From: Bdellovibrio sp. ZAP7
GTDB taxonomy: Bacteria > Bdellovibrionota > UBA1018 > CAIMNF01
NCBI GenBank assembly: GCA_945874535.1
Contig: CAMCGZ010000010.1
Coordinates: forward strand, 8,549 to 72,548
Direction: 5' to 3'
Length of the DNA: 64,000 nt
Shown: piece by piece, positions 12,979-22,008 of the stretch
Layout of the letters: every line of letters begins with the position of its first letter
Numbering within the stretch: position 1 is the stretch's first letter
The notes under the pieces: model-generated
Seen by the model: only the letters and a program-made list of their open reading frames with translations
Told to the model about the DNA's origin: nothing
Database searches by the model: none
Made by a program: the position numbers and the translations under genes

Positions 12979-13770
12979 ATGTCAGATCATAATCAACACC
13001 ATAGTCATCATATCCTTTCAAATTCGCTGGCCTGGAGAGTCTTCGGGGCCTTGATCTTCCTGACGGTGGTCACTGTAGCGGTGGCCCAAGTGGATCTCGG
13101 GGTTCTCAACTTCGCAGTCGCCATGTTGGTGGCTTCGATCAAGGCTTCCCTGGTTTGCATGTTCTTCATGGGTCTCAAGTACGACCACAAAGAGAACACG
13201 GTCATTTTTTCGACCTCGTTGATCTTCATGGCGATCTTCATGATCCTCACTTTCGGTGACTTGCTCACTCGGGGTGATGTCTATGTGAAAGACATGAAAA
13301 AGATCATTCCAGACGGGGCGGTTGCAGCTTCGACCAAGTCCAAGTTCGAGAAAGCCTGGGTTTCGAACCCAGAGCTCGTTTCTTCGGGTAAGGAGCTGTT
13401 TGCTGCTCAATGTGTTTCTTGTCACGGCGCGGGTGGTGGCGGTGATGGCGTCGCAGCTGCGGGGCTGAATCCGAAGCCGCGTAACTTCAAGGGCGCGGAG
13501 GGCTGGAAGGCCGGGCGCAAACCGAGCCAGATCTACAACACCCTCACCAAGGGTTTGAATCAGATGCCTGCCTTCGGTACCCTCCCACCGGATGACCGTT
13601 GGGCGCTCGCTCACTATGTGCGGACTCTCGGGCCGCACGAGTCCGAGAAGGACGCAGCTGAAGATCTGAAGAAGATCGGAATCGATCCGACTAAAGCCGA
13701 TGGCGGTGGTTCGGGTGAGAAGTCGATCCCGGTGGATCTGGCTATCGACCAGATCACCCAAGGGAAATAA
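12979..13770 (+). CDS. Cytochrome c oxidase subunit IV-like membrane protein fused to a C-terminal class I cytochrome c domain
   Basis: The N-terminal 110 aa match the prokaryotic subunit IV signature (two TM helices, ...SLVCMFFMGLKYDHKENTVIF...). The C-terminal ~150 aa carry CVSCHGAGGGGDG plus a downstream Met ligand region (LNQMPAFG). Confidence 0.7.
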   Translation: MSDHNQHHSHHILSNSLAWRVFGALIFLTVVTVAVAQVDLGVLNFAVAMLVASIKASLVCMFFMGLKYDHKENTVIFSTSLIFMAIFMILTFGDLLTRGDVYVKDMKKIIPDGAVAASTKSKFEKAWVSNPELVSSGKELFAAQCVSCHGAGGGGDGVAAAGLNPKPRNFKGAEGWKAGRKPSQIYNTLTKGLNQMPAFGTLPPDDRWALAHYVRTLGPHESEKDAAEDLKKIGIDPTKADGGGSGEKSIPVDLAIDQITQGK

Positions 13771-13791
13771 TCGGCCGATCAGGCCAGTTTT

Positions 13792-13833
13792 AACGGGGAA
13801 TGGGGCTCGGCCCTGTTCCCCGTTTTTCTTTTA
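13792..13833. terminator. Bidirectional rho-independent terminator between the cox operon and convergent gpmA
   Basis: Hairpin AACGGGGAA-t-GGGC-tcg-GCCC-tg-TTCCCCGTT followed by TTTTCTTTT. The T-tract overlaps the gpmA stop. Confidence 0.6.
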
Positions 13834-14523
13834 GGTTTCGAGGTAGGAATCCTGTTCCAGCTGCAAGGATGAATCAAATTCGAATATCCAGGGTTTCCCG
13901 GTAGGGATGTTGAGTTCGAGGACTTCCTCCGGAGTGAGGCCCTTGATGTGCTTGACCAGGCCTCGGAGGCTGTTTCCGTGAGCGACGACCAACAGATTCT
14001 CGTTCCGGGTGAGGCGGGGTGCTAGCTCCTCGTTCCATACCGGCATCACTCGTTCGATGGTGGTCTTCAGTGATTCAGCAAGCGGTGGGTGTTCGAGGCC
14101 CAGAAGCTTGTAGCGAGGATCCCTTGCGGGATTCATCGGTGATGCGGCGTCGAGAACGGGAGGGAGGGTTTCATACGACCTTCTCCAGATCTTCACTTGA
14201 GCATCACCGTATTGCTTTGCGGTTTCTTCCTTATTGAGGCCCTGGAGACTTCCATAATGACGCTCATTGAAACGCCAGGTCCGGGTCACCGGGTACCAGA
14301 GCCGATCCATCGCCTCCAGTGCGAGGAAGTGGGTCCGGATCGCACGCTTCAATACCGAGGTGTAGGTGTGGTGGAATTCGATCTGGAGCGACCGGAGCAG
14401 GTGGCCTGCGGCTTTGGCTTCGTCAAGGCCTTTGCCCGAAAGGTCGACATCCACCCATCCTGTGAAACGGTTTTCGAGGTTCCATTGACTTTCTCCATGG
14501 CGGAGGATCACCAGTTTTCCCAT
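13831..14523 (-). CDS. gpmA: 2,3-bisphosphoglycerate-dependent phosphoglycerate mutase
   Basis: The N-terminus LVILRHGESQWNLENRFTGWVDVDLS carries the catalytic RHGE motif of histidine phosphatase family dPGM. Length is 230 aa. Confidence 0.9.
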   Translation of the reverse strand: MGKLVILRHGESQWNLENRFTGWVDVDLSGKGLDEAKAAGHLLRSLQIEFHHTYTSVLKRAIRTHFLALEAMDRLWYPVTRTWRFNERHYGSLQGLNKEETAKQYGDAQVKIWRRSYETLPPVLDAASPMNPARDPRYKLLGLEHPPLAESLKTTIERVMPVWNEELAPRLTRNENLLVVAHGNSLRGLVKHIKGLTPEEVLELNIPTGKPWIFEFDSSLQLEQDSYLET

Positions 14524-14573
14524 GATCCGAATGTTATCATATCCTTGACTGGAAGGGGTGGGTTTGGTATCTG

Positions 14574-14590
14574 TTGAGAATGATTCTCAA
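14574..14590 (+). promoter_or_regulatory. Near-perfect 17-bp palindrome TTGAGAATGATTCTCAA (Fur-box-like) overlapping the feoA start
   Basis: The sequence is an inverted repeat around a central G. It resembles the AT-rich Fur consensus core (AATGATAATCATT). A second Fur-like stretch, AATGTTATCATATC, lies at about 14528-14545, upstream of the iron transporter genes. Confidence 0.35.
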
Positions 14591-14846
14591 TAACGAGAAA
14601 TCCGTTCCTTTGTCCCGTCTTCAGCCCGGAGAGGCGGCCCGGATTTTTGGATTCGACGCCGAAGCCTCACTTGAGCCCTTTTTTTTGCGACTGCTTGAAG
14701 TGGGTTTCCTTCCCGGAGAGCGGATCGAAGTGTTGAACCATTCGCCTTTCGGAGGGGATGCCATCAGTGTGCAAGTGATGGAGGGGGTCTATGCGATCCG
14801 TGTGAGTGAGGCCCGGAGGATTCAAGTGGTGAGGGAAGTGCCGTGA
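14580..14846 (+). CDS. feoA: Ferrous iron transport protein A
   Basis: Small SH3-like FeoA of about 88 aa, immediately upstream of and overlapping feoB (ATGA-type overlap at 14843). The annotated TTG at 14574 is an alternative start. Confidence 0.8.
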   Translation: MILNNEKSVPLSRLQPGEAARIFGFDAEASLEPFFLRLLEVGFLPGERIEVLNHSPFGGDAISVQVMEGVYAIRVSEARRIQVVREVP

Positions 14847-16714
14847 GCAAAAAACGGATTGCATTGGTGGGGACCCCGAACGCAGGGAAAACCGCATTGT
14901 TCAATGCCTTGACCCGATCTCATCAGAGAACAGCGAATTACAGCGGTGTGACCGTGGAGAGTGCCGAGGCGGATGTGTCACTTCCGGGAGGGGAGGTTTG
15001 CTCCCTGGTGGATTTACCGGGAGCCTACAGCTTGCGGCCCTATACCGAGGACGAAGGAGTTTTGACCCGGGCCCTGATCGGGCAAGAGTACGCTGGCATG
15101 ATCCTCGTTGCCGACGCGACCCAGCCCGAGCGTTCCATCCGGTTCATGCTCGAAGTCCTCGACTCGACCTCGATCCCCTGTGTGATCGCTCTCAACATGA
15201 TGGACCTTGCCGACTCGAGGGGTTTTCGCTTCGATCTTCCCCGCCTCGAGACCGAGGCAGGGGTCCCTGTGGTGTCGTGTTCCGCGCTCCGGAAAACGGG
15301 TTTGAAGCCGGTTTTGCATCTCCTCGAAAAAGCGATGATCGGGCCTCGTCGCGAGAAGCATGTGTTTTTTCCACCGCCTGAGGCAACCGAGTCCCCGGAA
15401 CAGTCATCGCGTCGGATTCTTGATTTTTACAAGCGCGCAGACAGCATCAAGAAAGCGGCCTTGGTCCGTTCCGGTGATCCCGATACGAGATCCCGCCGGA
15501 TCGATCGCATCGTGCTGCACCCGGTCTGGGGGCTTTTCATCCTGGTCGCCATTCTGGGGCTCACCTTCCAGTTGATGTTCAACCTGGCTCAGTTCCCGAT
15601 GGATCTCATCGAGGGCGCAGTCTCGGCCATTCAAGGTTGGGTGAACAGCCGCGAAATCCCCTTGCTGGCCAGAAGCTTTCTGGCAGACGGAGTCCTGGCA
15701 GGAGTGGGTGGCACTTTGGTGTTTTTGCCTCAAATCCTGATTCTTTTTGCGATGATTCTTTTGTTGGAAGATGTGGGGTTCATGGCCCGCGCCGTTTTCA
15801 TTCTCGATCACCTCATGGGCAAGGTGGGTCTTCATGGACGGGCTTTTTTACCACTGTTGTCGAGTTATGCTTGTGCCGTCCCGGGCATCATGGCTACTCG
15901 AACGATGGAAGAGCGTCGGGATAGGATCCTCACTACATGGATCATTCCGCTGACCACTTGCTCGGCACGTTTGCCGGTTTATGCGCTTTTGATTTCGGCA
16001 TTTGTGCCGAACACCGAAGTGATCGGTGGAGTCAGACTTCAGGGTTTGGTGATGCTCGGTTTGTACGCGTCGGGACTCGTTTCTGCCCTCGCTATCGGAG
16101 CTCTTTTGAAAAAACTCCTGTTCAAGAAGGGGCGCCCACCACTGCTGATCGAGCTTCCCTCCTATAAGCGCCCGTCTTTCCGGAGTCTGTTGAAGGGTCT
16201 GTTGTATCGAGCCCGACTCTTCCTCGTGCGGGTGGGAACGGTGATCCTGGTGCTGTCCATTCTGATCTGGGGTCTTTTGAGTTTCCCGCGTGCCGGGGAC
16301 GGAACCAGTCTTCCCATCGAGTCCACCTATGCAGGACGGATCGGAAAGACGCTCGAGCCCGCTCTGAGCCCGCTCGGCTTCGACTGGAGAATCGGGATGG
16401 CTCTAGTTCCGACATTTGCTGCCAGAGAGGTGATGGTGAGCACTCTGGCCACAGTCTACGCAGTGGAAGGAAGGAACGAGCCCGGTGAGTCGGCGGATCT
16501 GGCCGAAGTTCTACGTAAGGAATGGGGAGTTGCCACAGGGATTTCGCTTTTGGTCTGGTTCATTTTCGCACCGATGTGTTTGTCCACGCTCGCCACGGTC
16601 CGGCGTGAGCTGCAGGGTACGAAGCATGCCGTGTTCATGACGGTCTATCTATTCGCATTGGCCTACGGAGCTTCGTGGCTCACGTATTCTTGCCTCAGTC
16701 GATGGATTCGATGA
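14843..16714 (+). CDS. feoB: Ferrous iron transporter FeoB (N-terminal GTPase plus polytopic membrane permease)
   Basis: G1 motif LVGTPNAGKTALFNALT and G3/G4 regions, followed by about 10 TM segments. Length is 623 aa. Confidence 0.93.
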   Translation: MSKKRIALVGTPNAGKTALFNALTRSHQRTANYSGVTVESAEADVSLPGGEVCSLVDLPGAYSLRPYTEDEGVLTRALIGQEYAGMILVADATQPERSIRFMLEVLDSTSIPCVIALNMMDLADSRGFRFDLPRLETEAGVPVVSCSALRKTGLKPVLHLLEKAMIGPRREKHVFFPPPEATESPEQSSRRILDFYKRADSIKKAALVRSGDPDTRSRRIDRIVLHPVWGLFILVAILGLTFQLMFNLAQFPMDLIEGAVSAIQGWVNSREIPLLARSFLADGVLAGVGGTLVFLPQILILFAMILLLEDVGFMARAVFILDHLMGKVGLHGRAFLPLLSSYACAVPGIMATRTMEERRDRILTTWIIPLTTCSARLPVYALLISAFVPNTEVIGGVRLQGLVMLGLYASGLVSALAIGALLKKLLFKKGRPPLLIELPSYKRPSFRSLLKGLLYRARLFLVRVGTVILVLSILIWGLLSFPRAGDGTSLPIESTYAGRIGKTLEPALSPLGFDWRIGMALVPTFAAREVMVSTLATVYAVEGRNEPGESADLAEVLRKEWGVATGISLLVWFIFAPMCLSTLATVRRELQGTKHAVFMTVYLFALAYGASWLTYSCLSRWIR

Positions 16715-18233
16715 TTCCCGTTCCGGAATTTGAACGGATTTTTTGACCGGATCGCAGACGCGCGAAAGCCCCTTTGATTCCGAATCGGGAAGGAATGCCG
16801 AACTCACGGCAAAGAATGGAAGCATGGGAAAGTGTTGATCCTGTTTCGGAAATCAGTCCTCCGATCCACGGCAACTGGTGGACTATTCCGGGTCCTGCTG
16901 CGTGCATGACGAGAATCTTGCCTTTTAAAACCTCAGGTGATTCAGGCATCCGATCTTCTCGTGGAATCAGCAAGACCTCGCCCTCCATCGGAAGTTCCGC
17001 AGACCGTAAGCCCGTCAGACTCCCCGAGCGGGGAACGGTGTCCGGGAGCCAACCCCCATCGTGACTGCCGCGCAATCTCCCTTGAACTTCGATTTCACCC
17101 TGATCGTAGTGGATCACTCTGCGATCCAGGATCTGATCCCGGTGATTTCCTCCCGCCTGTTCCATGCTGAGGAGTTCTTCCAGTTGGAAGAAAAAAACAT
17201 CCTCTCTCGATTCGACGGCCCCTTTTTCTTCCAGTAGATTTCCCATTCTGAGCAAGCGACTCCGGAGCACACCGAATGCCCTGGCCCTCATCCAACGGGC
17301 ACTTTGCCTGAAAGAGAGTAAGGAAGTGAACTTCCGTTCGAGCCAGAAGGGTTCCGCGTTGTGGTTCTGATGGGTTGCCAGAAGGGGTGCAGGCTTGCGC
17401 TCGGTTTCGTGCAGAAGAACAGGGAGGAAGAGTTCGGGGTATTCGCGGTAACTGCGGGTTTCGAGCTTGAGTTCTCCCGGACACCGGTCGCCGAATTCTT
17501 CGAGGAAATCATTCAGGAGATGTGCAAGATCGTCATTCCGGAGCCGTAACATGGCAGGGGAATAGTGACCTGTGCCGGCACAGGAGAGCAGGTAATCCCG
17601 GGCAGAGGCATCCTGGCGGATGGCATTCCTCAAGTGACGGATACTCCGCAAGCAGGATGCGGTCGTGGGATCCGTCCGGACCGGTAGACTTCGACCAAGC
17701 GAACGGTAAAGGTCATCCAAAAAGAGTGCGAGGATGTCGACTTGGAGTAAGGGTTCGAAGCGTTTCCGGGTCTCGTCGATGAATGGCAGGAGAGAGTCCC
17801 GCAGTTCCAACCAGTCCGACTCGGAGTTGAAACGGGAGTGCTCGGCCCTCAGGAATGAATCGAGGTCTCTCAAAAAACCGACCTCCAAGTCTTCTACCTT
17901 CCGTAAGGTGGACAGTAGGTTTCGGGCCATCGGCCAAAGGGTCTTGAACGGGAGGCGGGAACTTTTTTCGGAAGAGGGCAGTAGGCTTTTAGCTGCTTTG
18001 GGACCGACCCCGAGTAGGTCTGAAAGCGAAGAAATCGAGTAATAGGCGCGTCCTTCAAAGAAAACGATCGGGGAGGCGGGTTCCGGAAGACCTGCCGTAC
18101 GCGCCAGGGATCTTGCCAAAGGGGGATAAATCCTCAGGATCACATCACGGGTCATGGGCGAGCAGGGACCGGGAAAACTCTCGGAGAGATTTTCGTCATC
18201 CAGAACCGGTATGCCTGTCGGAACGCCACTCAT
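16695..18233 (-). CDS. PEP-utilising-enzyme mobile (His swivel) domain protein, resembling the C-terminal half of rifampicin phosphotransferase / PEP synthase-like enzymes and lacking an ATP-grasp domain
   Basis: The C-terminal motif GGLISETGSTLSHASILCREFGIPS matches the phospho-His swivel consensus (GGxTSHAAIxAREfGIP). An internal ATG at 18233 was chosen because the upstream 123 codons of the annotated ORF overlap the kamA coding region. The 3' end overlaps the feoB end by 20 nt (convergent). Confidence 0.6.
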   Translation of the reverse strand: MSGVPTGIPVLDDENLSESFPGPCSPMTRDVILRIYPPLARSLARTAGLPEPASPIVFFEGRAYYSISSLSDLLGVGPKAAKSLLPSSEKSSRLPFKTLWPMARNLLSTLRKVEDLEVGFLRDLDSFLRAEHSRFNSESDWLELRDSLLPFIDETRKRFEPLLQVDILALFLDDLYRSLGRSLPVRTDPTTASCLRSIRHLRNAIRQDASARDYLLSCAGTGHYSPAMLRLRNDDLAHLLNDFLEEFGDRCPGELKLETRSYREYPELFLPVLLHETERKPAPLLATHQNHNAEPFWLERKFTSLLSFRQSARWMRARAFGVLRSRLLRMGNLLEEKGAVESREDVFFFQLEELLSMEQAGGNHRDQILDRRVIHYDQGEIEVQGRLRGSHDGGWLPDTVPRSGSLTGLRSAELPMEGEVLLIPREDRMPESPEVLKGKILVMHAAGPGIVHQLPWIGGLISETGSTLSHASILCREFGIPSRFGIKGAFARLRSGQKIRSNSGTGIIESID

Positions 18234-18375
18234 ACTTGCGAGCCTATCATGTTCAGGGGGATGCGGCTGCCTTGGCTTAAAATCCCTTAAATCTCGTATT
18301 CTTACTGAAAGGTACTCCGTGTCGTAGGAAGCCTTTTTCCTTGAATTCACCTTCGGTCTCGGGCAAGATGCCGGC

Positions 18376-19530
18376 ATGGGATACGACATCAAGACAGTGA
18401 ATACGGTTCGTGAACGTCGCTTCGAGGGTACTCCGCGCCCGGAACTTTGGGCGGATGTGCCTGAACGGGATTGGAACAACTGGATCTGGCAGCAACAGAA
18501 GCGCCTGAAGACCATGGAGCAGTTGGAAAAAGTGATCAATCCGACCGCTGACGAGCGCGAGGCTTTTGCCCAATCCCATGAGATGTTCAACATGGGTATC
18601 ACGCCGTATTACGCGGCCCTCATGGACAAAGACGATCCGAACTGTCCGATCCGTCTCCAGTCCGTGCCCGGCAAAGGGGAACTGCACATCGCTCCGGAGG
18701 ATCTCGAAGATCCCCTGGCCGAGGAACGCGACATGCCCGTTCCCGGAATCACCCATCGCTATCCCGATCGCGTTCTGTTTTACACCACACACAACTGCGC
18801 GATGTACTGTCGTCATTGCACCCGGAAAAGAAAGGTAGCCGATCCTGACTCCGCCACTTCGGCTAAAACCCTCGAAGAAGGTCTTGCTTATATCGAGCGG
18901 ACCAAGAGTATCCGCGATGTGGTGATTTCCGGCGGAGACGCCCTCTCTAATTCGGATGACCGGATTGAGTACATCCTTTCCCGTTTGCGTGCGATGGATC
19001 ATATCGAGATTTTCCGGATCGGAACCAGGAATCTCGTGACGCTCCCGCAGCGGATTACAGATGATTTCTGCAAAATGCTTAGAAAGTACCAGCCGGTATT
19101 CATCCACACGCATTTCAATCATCCCAAGGAACTGACCCGCGAGGCATTCGATGCTTGCGCCCGCCTGGCCGATGCGGGTTGTGTGATCAACAACCAGATG
19201 GTGTTGCTCAAAGGTGTGAATGACGACGCTAAGACGGTCATGGAGCTCAATCATAAGTTATTGATGGCTCGCGTCCGTCCTTATTACATGTTCCAGGCCG
19301 ACCTCTCGCAGGGGATCAGTCACTTCAGAACTCCGGTTGAAAAGGGCCTGGAAATCATCAAGGCACTCCGTGGTTGGACTTCGGGGATGGCGGTTCCGCA
19401 CTTTGTGATCGACGCTCCCGGCGGCGGAGGCAAGATTCCACTGATTCCGAAGTATCTGATCAGCCATGAAGGCAAGGAATGGACCTTCCGGAACTATAGG
19501 GATCAAGAGTACAAGTATTTTGAGCCGTAA
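18376..19530 (+). CDS. kamA: Lysine 2,3-aminomutase family radical-SAM enzyme (KamA/EpmB-like)
   Basis: Radical-SAM CAMYCRHCTRK (CxxxCxxC) motif. The N-terminal DWNNWIWQQQKRLKTMEQLEKVI signature matches the KamA family. At 384 aa, the length lies between EpmB and the long KamA form. Confidence 0.85.
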   Translation: MGYDIKTVNTVRERRFEGTPRPELWADVPERDWNNWIWQQQKRLKTMEQLEKVINPTADEREAFAQSHEMFNMGITPYYAALMDKDDPNCPIRLQSVPGKGELHIAPEDLEDPLAEERDMPVPGITHRYPDRVLFYTTHNCAMYCRHCTRKRKVADPDSATSAKTLEEGLAYIERTKSIRDVVISGGDALSNSDDRIEYILSRLRAMDHIEIFRIGTRNLVTLPQRITDDFCKMLRKYQPVFIHTHFNHPKELTREAFDACARLADAGCVINNQMVLLKGVNDDAKTVMELNHKLLMARVRPYYMFQADLSQGISHFRTPVEKGLEIIKALRGWTSGMAVPHFVIDAPGGGGKIPLIPKYLISHEGKEWTFRNYRDQEYKYFEP

Positions 19531-19975
19531 AGCGCCGCTCTGGGCCCTGCTTTTGGTTTCTTGCTCCTCGACTCCGGACATGCTTCCGGAAAGGCATGCC
19601 CGTTACCGTTTTCCGAAGGAACGGGTCTACATCGAGGAGCCCGAGGGGAAGGATACGGGTCGTCCCTATCAACCTCTCGGTTGGGTGAAGTCGAAAGCCT
19701 CCTGGTCCACATTGGATCAGGATCCGAATTCTTCGCGTCTGTGCCGGAATTACTTCAATAAGGCGTCGAAGATCCTGCTCGATGAGGCTCTCAAGGCAGG
19801 AGCCGATGCCGTCATCAAGGTCCGGTCTGTGGTCTTGTTGCTCGACGGCAAGCTCGAGTTCCATCCCCGTGCCGAGTGTTCGGATGACGGAGCGGAGGGT
19901 GAGGTCCTGCTTCAGGGAATCGCTATCAAATTCAAGCCTTTGCCGTCGCCCACCCCTGTTTCTGAACAGCGTTAA
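19520..19975 (+). CDS. Putative lipoprotein
   Basis: A TTG start gives MSRKAPLWALLLVSC-SSTP, a classic lipobox (LVSC). It overlaps the kamA end by 11 nt. No known domain. Confidence 0.45.
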   Translation: MSRKAPLWALLLVSCSSTPDMLPERHARYRFPKERVYIEEPEGKDTGRPYQPLGWVKSKASWSTLDQDPNSSRLCRNYFNKASKILLDEALKAGADAVIKVRSVVLLLDGKLEFHPRAECSDDGAEGEVLLQGIAIKFKPLPSPTPVSEQR

Positions 19976-20025
19976 AGTTTTTCTACGGATTTACCGATCA
20001 GACTTTGACGAGGGTACATCATTCT

Positions 20026-22008
20026 ATGAGCGAATCAGTCCTCAAAAAATTCGGAAAGTATTTTCTGCTCGATCGGATCGGAGAGGGCGGAATGGCGGAG
20101 ATTTTCCGTGCCCGGACGGCAACCGCCGATGCGAACGGCCGTTTCATCGTGATCAAGCGGATTCAGGGTGCTTACAGCAACAACCAGGAGTTCGTGCAGA
20201 TGTTCCGTGCAGAGGTCCAGGTGACGATGCGATTCTCGCACCCGAATATCGTTCAGTTGTACGAGTCCGGAGAGGAATCCGGTCAGCATTATATCGCGAT
20301 GGAGTTGGTCGAGGGGCGAAACCTCAGGCAAGTTCTCTCTAAAATTTCACAGAAGCAGCAACGTATTCCAATTCCGGCGTCTTGTTTCATCATCGAGCAG
20401 GCGGCTGCCGGATTGAATTATGCCCATCAGTTCAAGGATCGGATTACCGGAGAGCCATTGAATCTGGTCCACCGAGACGTGAGTCCGCAGAACGTTCTCG
20501 TTTCTTATGACGGCAACATCAAAGTGATCGATTTCGGTATCGCAAAAGCCGCGACGAACGGAGAGGCGACCCGCGCCGGGGTGATCAAGGGGAAGCTCAG
20601 TTACCTTTCACCGGAGCAGGTGATGGGGGAGGTCCTTGACGGTAGGTCAGACATATTCGCATTGGGAATCGTGCTTTGGGAGTTGCTCACCGGGAAAAGA
20701 CTCTTTGTAGCCGAGGGAGACAACGAATTCCAGGTTCTCAAAATGATCGAGAGCTGCACTACTTATGTGAAGCCGCCGTCGACCTACAATCCTGAGATTT
20801 CGAAAGACCTGGATGCAGTGGTCATGCAGGCTCTTGCCCGCGATCCTAAAAAACGCTTCCAGAATGGCGAAGAGATGGGGCGTGCACTCAGGAAATTATT
20901 AGCTGTCGAGTACTCGGATTTCGGACCTTCGGATCTCTCGATTTTCGTGAAAAAGCTTTTTCACGATTTGATTGTGGAAGATCGCAAACAACTGCAGCAA
21001 CTGAACTCAAGAGCGGATGAGTTGATCGCGCTCGGTGCACCGGCCCAAGCCAAGCCGGCACCGACCTCTGAGGCGACGACCGATCCCGGTGTCCCGGTCA
21101 AAGAAGCTCCGAGGGAGCAGACCCGGGTCAGCAATTTGGGAGACAAGTTCGACAAGTCACAGATCACCTCAGCCGATCGTGTTGAAATCGCGCGTCAGCC
21201 GCAAAACCAGATGAGGGTCCCCTCGTCAGCCCGGGCCAACACCCAAACCGGTATCCGTTCGAGTCCCCCTGTGAACAAAGGGACGGGCACAGGAATCCGC
21301 AGGCCGGTTCCCCAGTTGGAGCCTGTGAGGGAGTCATCGGGTTCGGCAGGGATGTTGAAGCTTCTCGGTGGAGCGGCCATGTTGGCGATTGCCGGCTTTT
21401 TCGCCTTTGAGCAGTTGAACCCGGTGGATCGCAAGCCCGATTCGGTTTCGATCGAGGATCCGACGCCCACGGTTCAGAATCCATTTACCAGCAAAGCGAG
21501 TTTCCGTGTCCGTATTTTTCCTGACGGGGATCTTTCAAAGACCAGGATCAGTGTCAATTCGGCTCCTTTCGACCTCAACAAAGGATTCATCAAACTCAAT
21601 ATCGACGAGCCTGTGGAGTTGGTGATTGAGCGGCAGGGGTTTGTTACCTATCGCAAAGAGTTCACGGTGAAGCAGGGCGATTTGAGCCCTTCGCGGGAAT
21701 TCGTGATGGATGTGAAACTCGACCCAATGGTGTACGGTACTTTCACGCTTTCGACCCAGCCTGAGATCGCCGATGTCAGCATCGTGAACCTGGACCAGGG
21801 GACTTCGGGGAATTCTTCGAAACCCTTGCTCTTGAAGACCCCGGTTTATCAGGAAAAGCTACCGGTTGGACATTACCGTGTGACCGTTCGAAACGAGACC
21901 TTGAACGTTGAAAAATCTTTTCAAATCGAGGTCAAAGAAGGCGATCGCCTGGTCAAGAACGGGGTCGCGCTCGAGCCTGTGAGAAGCCCTGCCGGAAATC
22001 GCCGTTAA
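20026..22008 (+). CDS. Hanks-type Ser/Thr protein kinase with a C-terminal TM segment and PEGA-like beta-sandwich repeats
   Basis: Gly loop IGEGGMAEIF, catalytic HRDVSPQNVL, DFG (VIDFGIAK) and APE-like SPEQ motifs. A hydrophobic segment follows (LLGGAAMLAIAGFFAF), then two repeats resembling PEGA domains (FRVRIFPDGD..., GTFTLSTQPEIADVSIVNLDQG...). Confidence 0.85.
   Translation: MSESVLKKFGKYFLLDRIGEGGMAEIFRARTATADANGRFIVIKRIQGAYSNNQEFVQMFRAEVQVTMRFSHPNIVQLYESGEESGQHYIAMELVEGRNLRQVLSKISQKQQRIPIPASCFIIEQAAAGLNYAHQFKDRITGEPLNLVHRDVSPQNVLVSYDGNIKVIDFGIAKAATNGEATRAGVIKGKLSYLSPEQVMGEVLDGRSDIFALGIVLWELLTGKRLFVAEGDNEFQVLKMIESCTTYVKPPSTYNPEISKDLDAVVMQALARDPKKRFQNGEEMGRALRKLLAVEYSDFGPSDLSIFVKKLFHDLIVEDRKQLQQLNSRADELIALGAPAQAKPAPTSEATTDPGVPVKEAPREQTRVSNLGDKFDKSQITSADRVEIARQPQNQMRVPSSARANTQTGIRSSPPVNKGTGTGIRRPVPQLEPVRESSGSAGMLKLLGGAAMLAIAGFFAFEQLNPVDRKPDSVSIEDPTPTVQNPFTSKASFRVRIFPDGDLSKTRISVNSAPFDLNKGFIKLNIDEPVELVIERQGFVTYRKEFTVKQGDLSPSREFVMDVKLDPMVYGTFTLSTQPEIADVSIVNLDQGTSGNSSKPLLLKTPVYQEKLPVGHYRVTVRNETLNVEKSFQIEVKEGDRLVKNGVALEPVRSPAGNRR

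Noticed and set aside
18234-18602. First 123 codons of the annotated 635-aa ORF (16695-18602, -)
   Set aside because: This stretch lies antisense over the conserved N-terminal coding region of kamA and is Ser/Arg/Cys-rich low-complexity sequence. The internal ATG at 18233 gives a sensible start, so the extension was treated as non-coding.
19460-19864. 134-aa minus-strand ORF and 69-aa ORF (19503-19712) overlapping the kamA 3' end and the lipoprotein gene
   Set aside because: They are antisense to both supported genes and show no RBS or domain.
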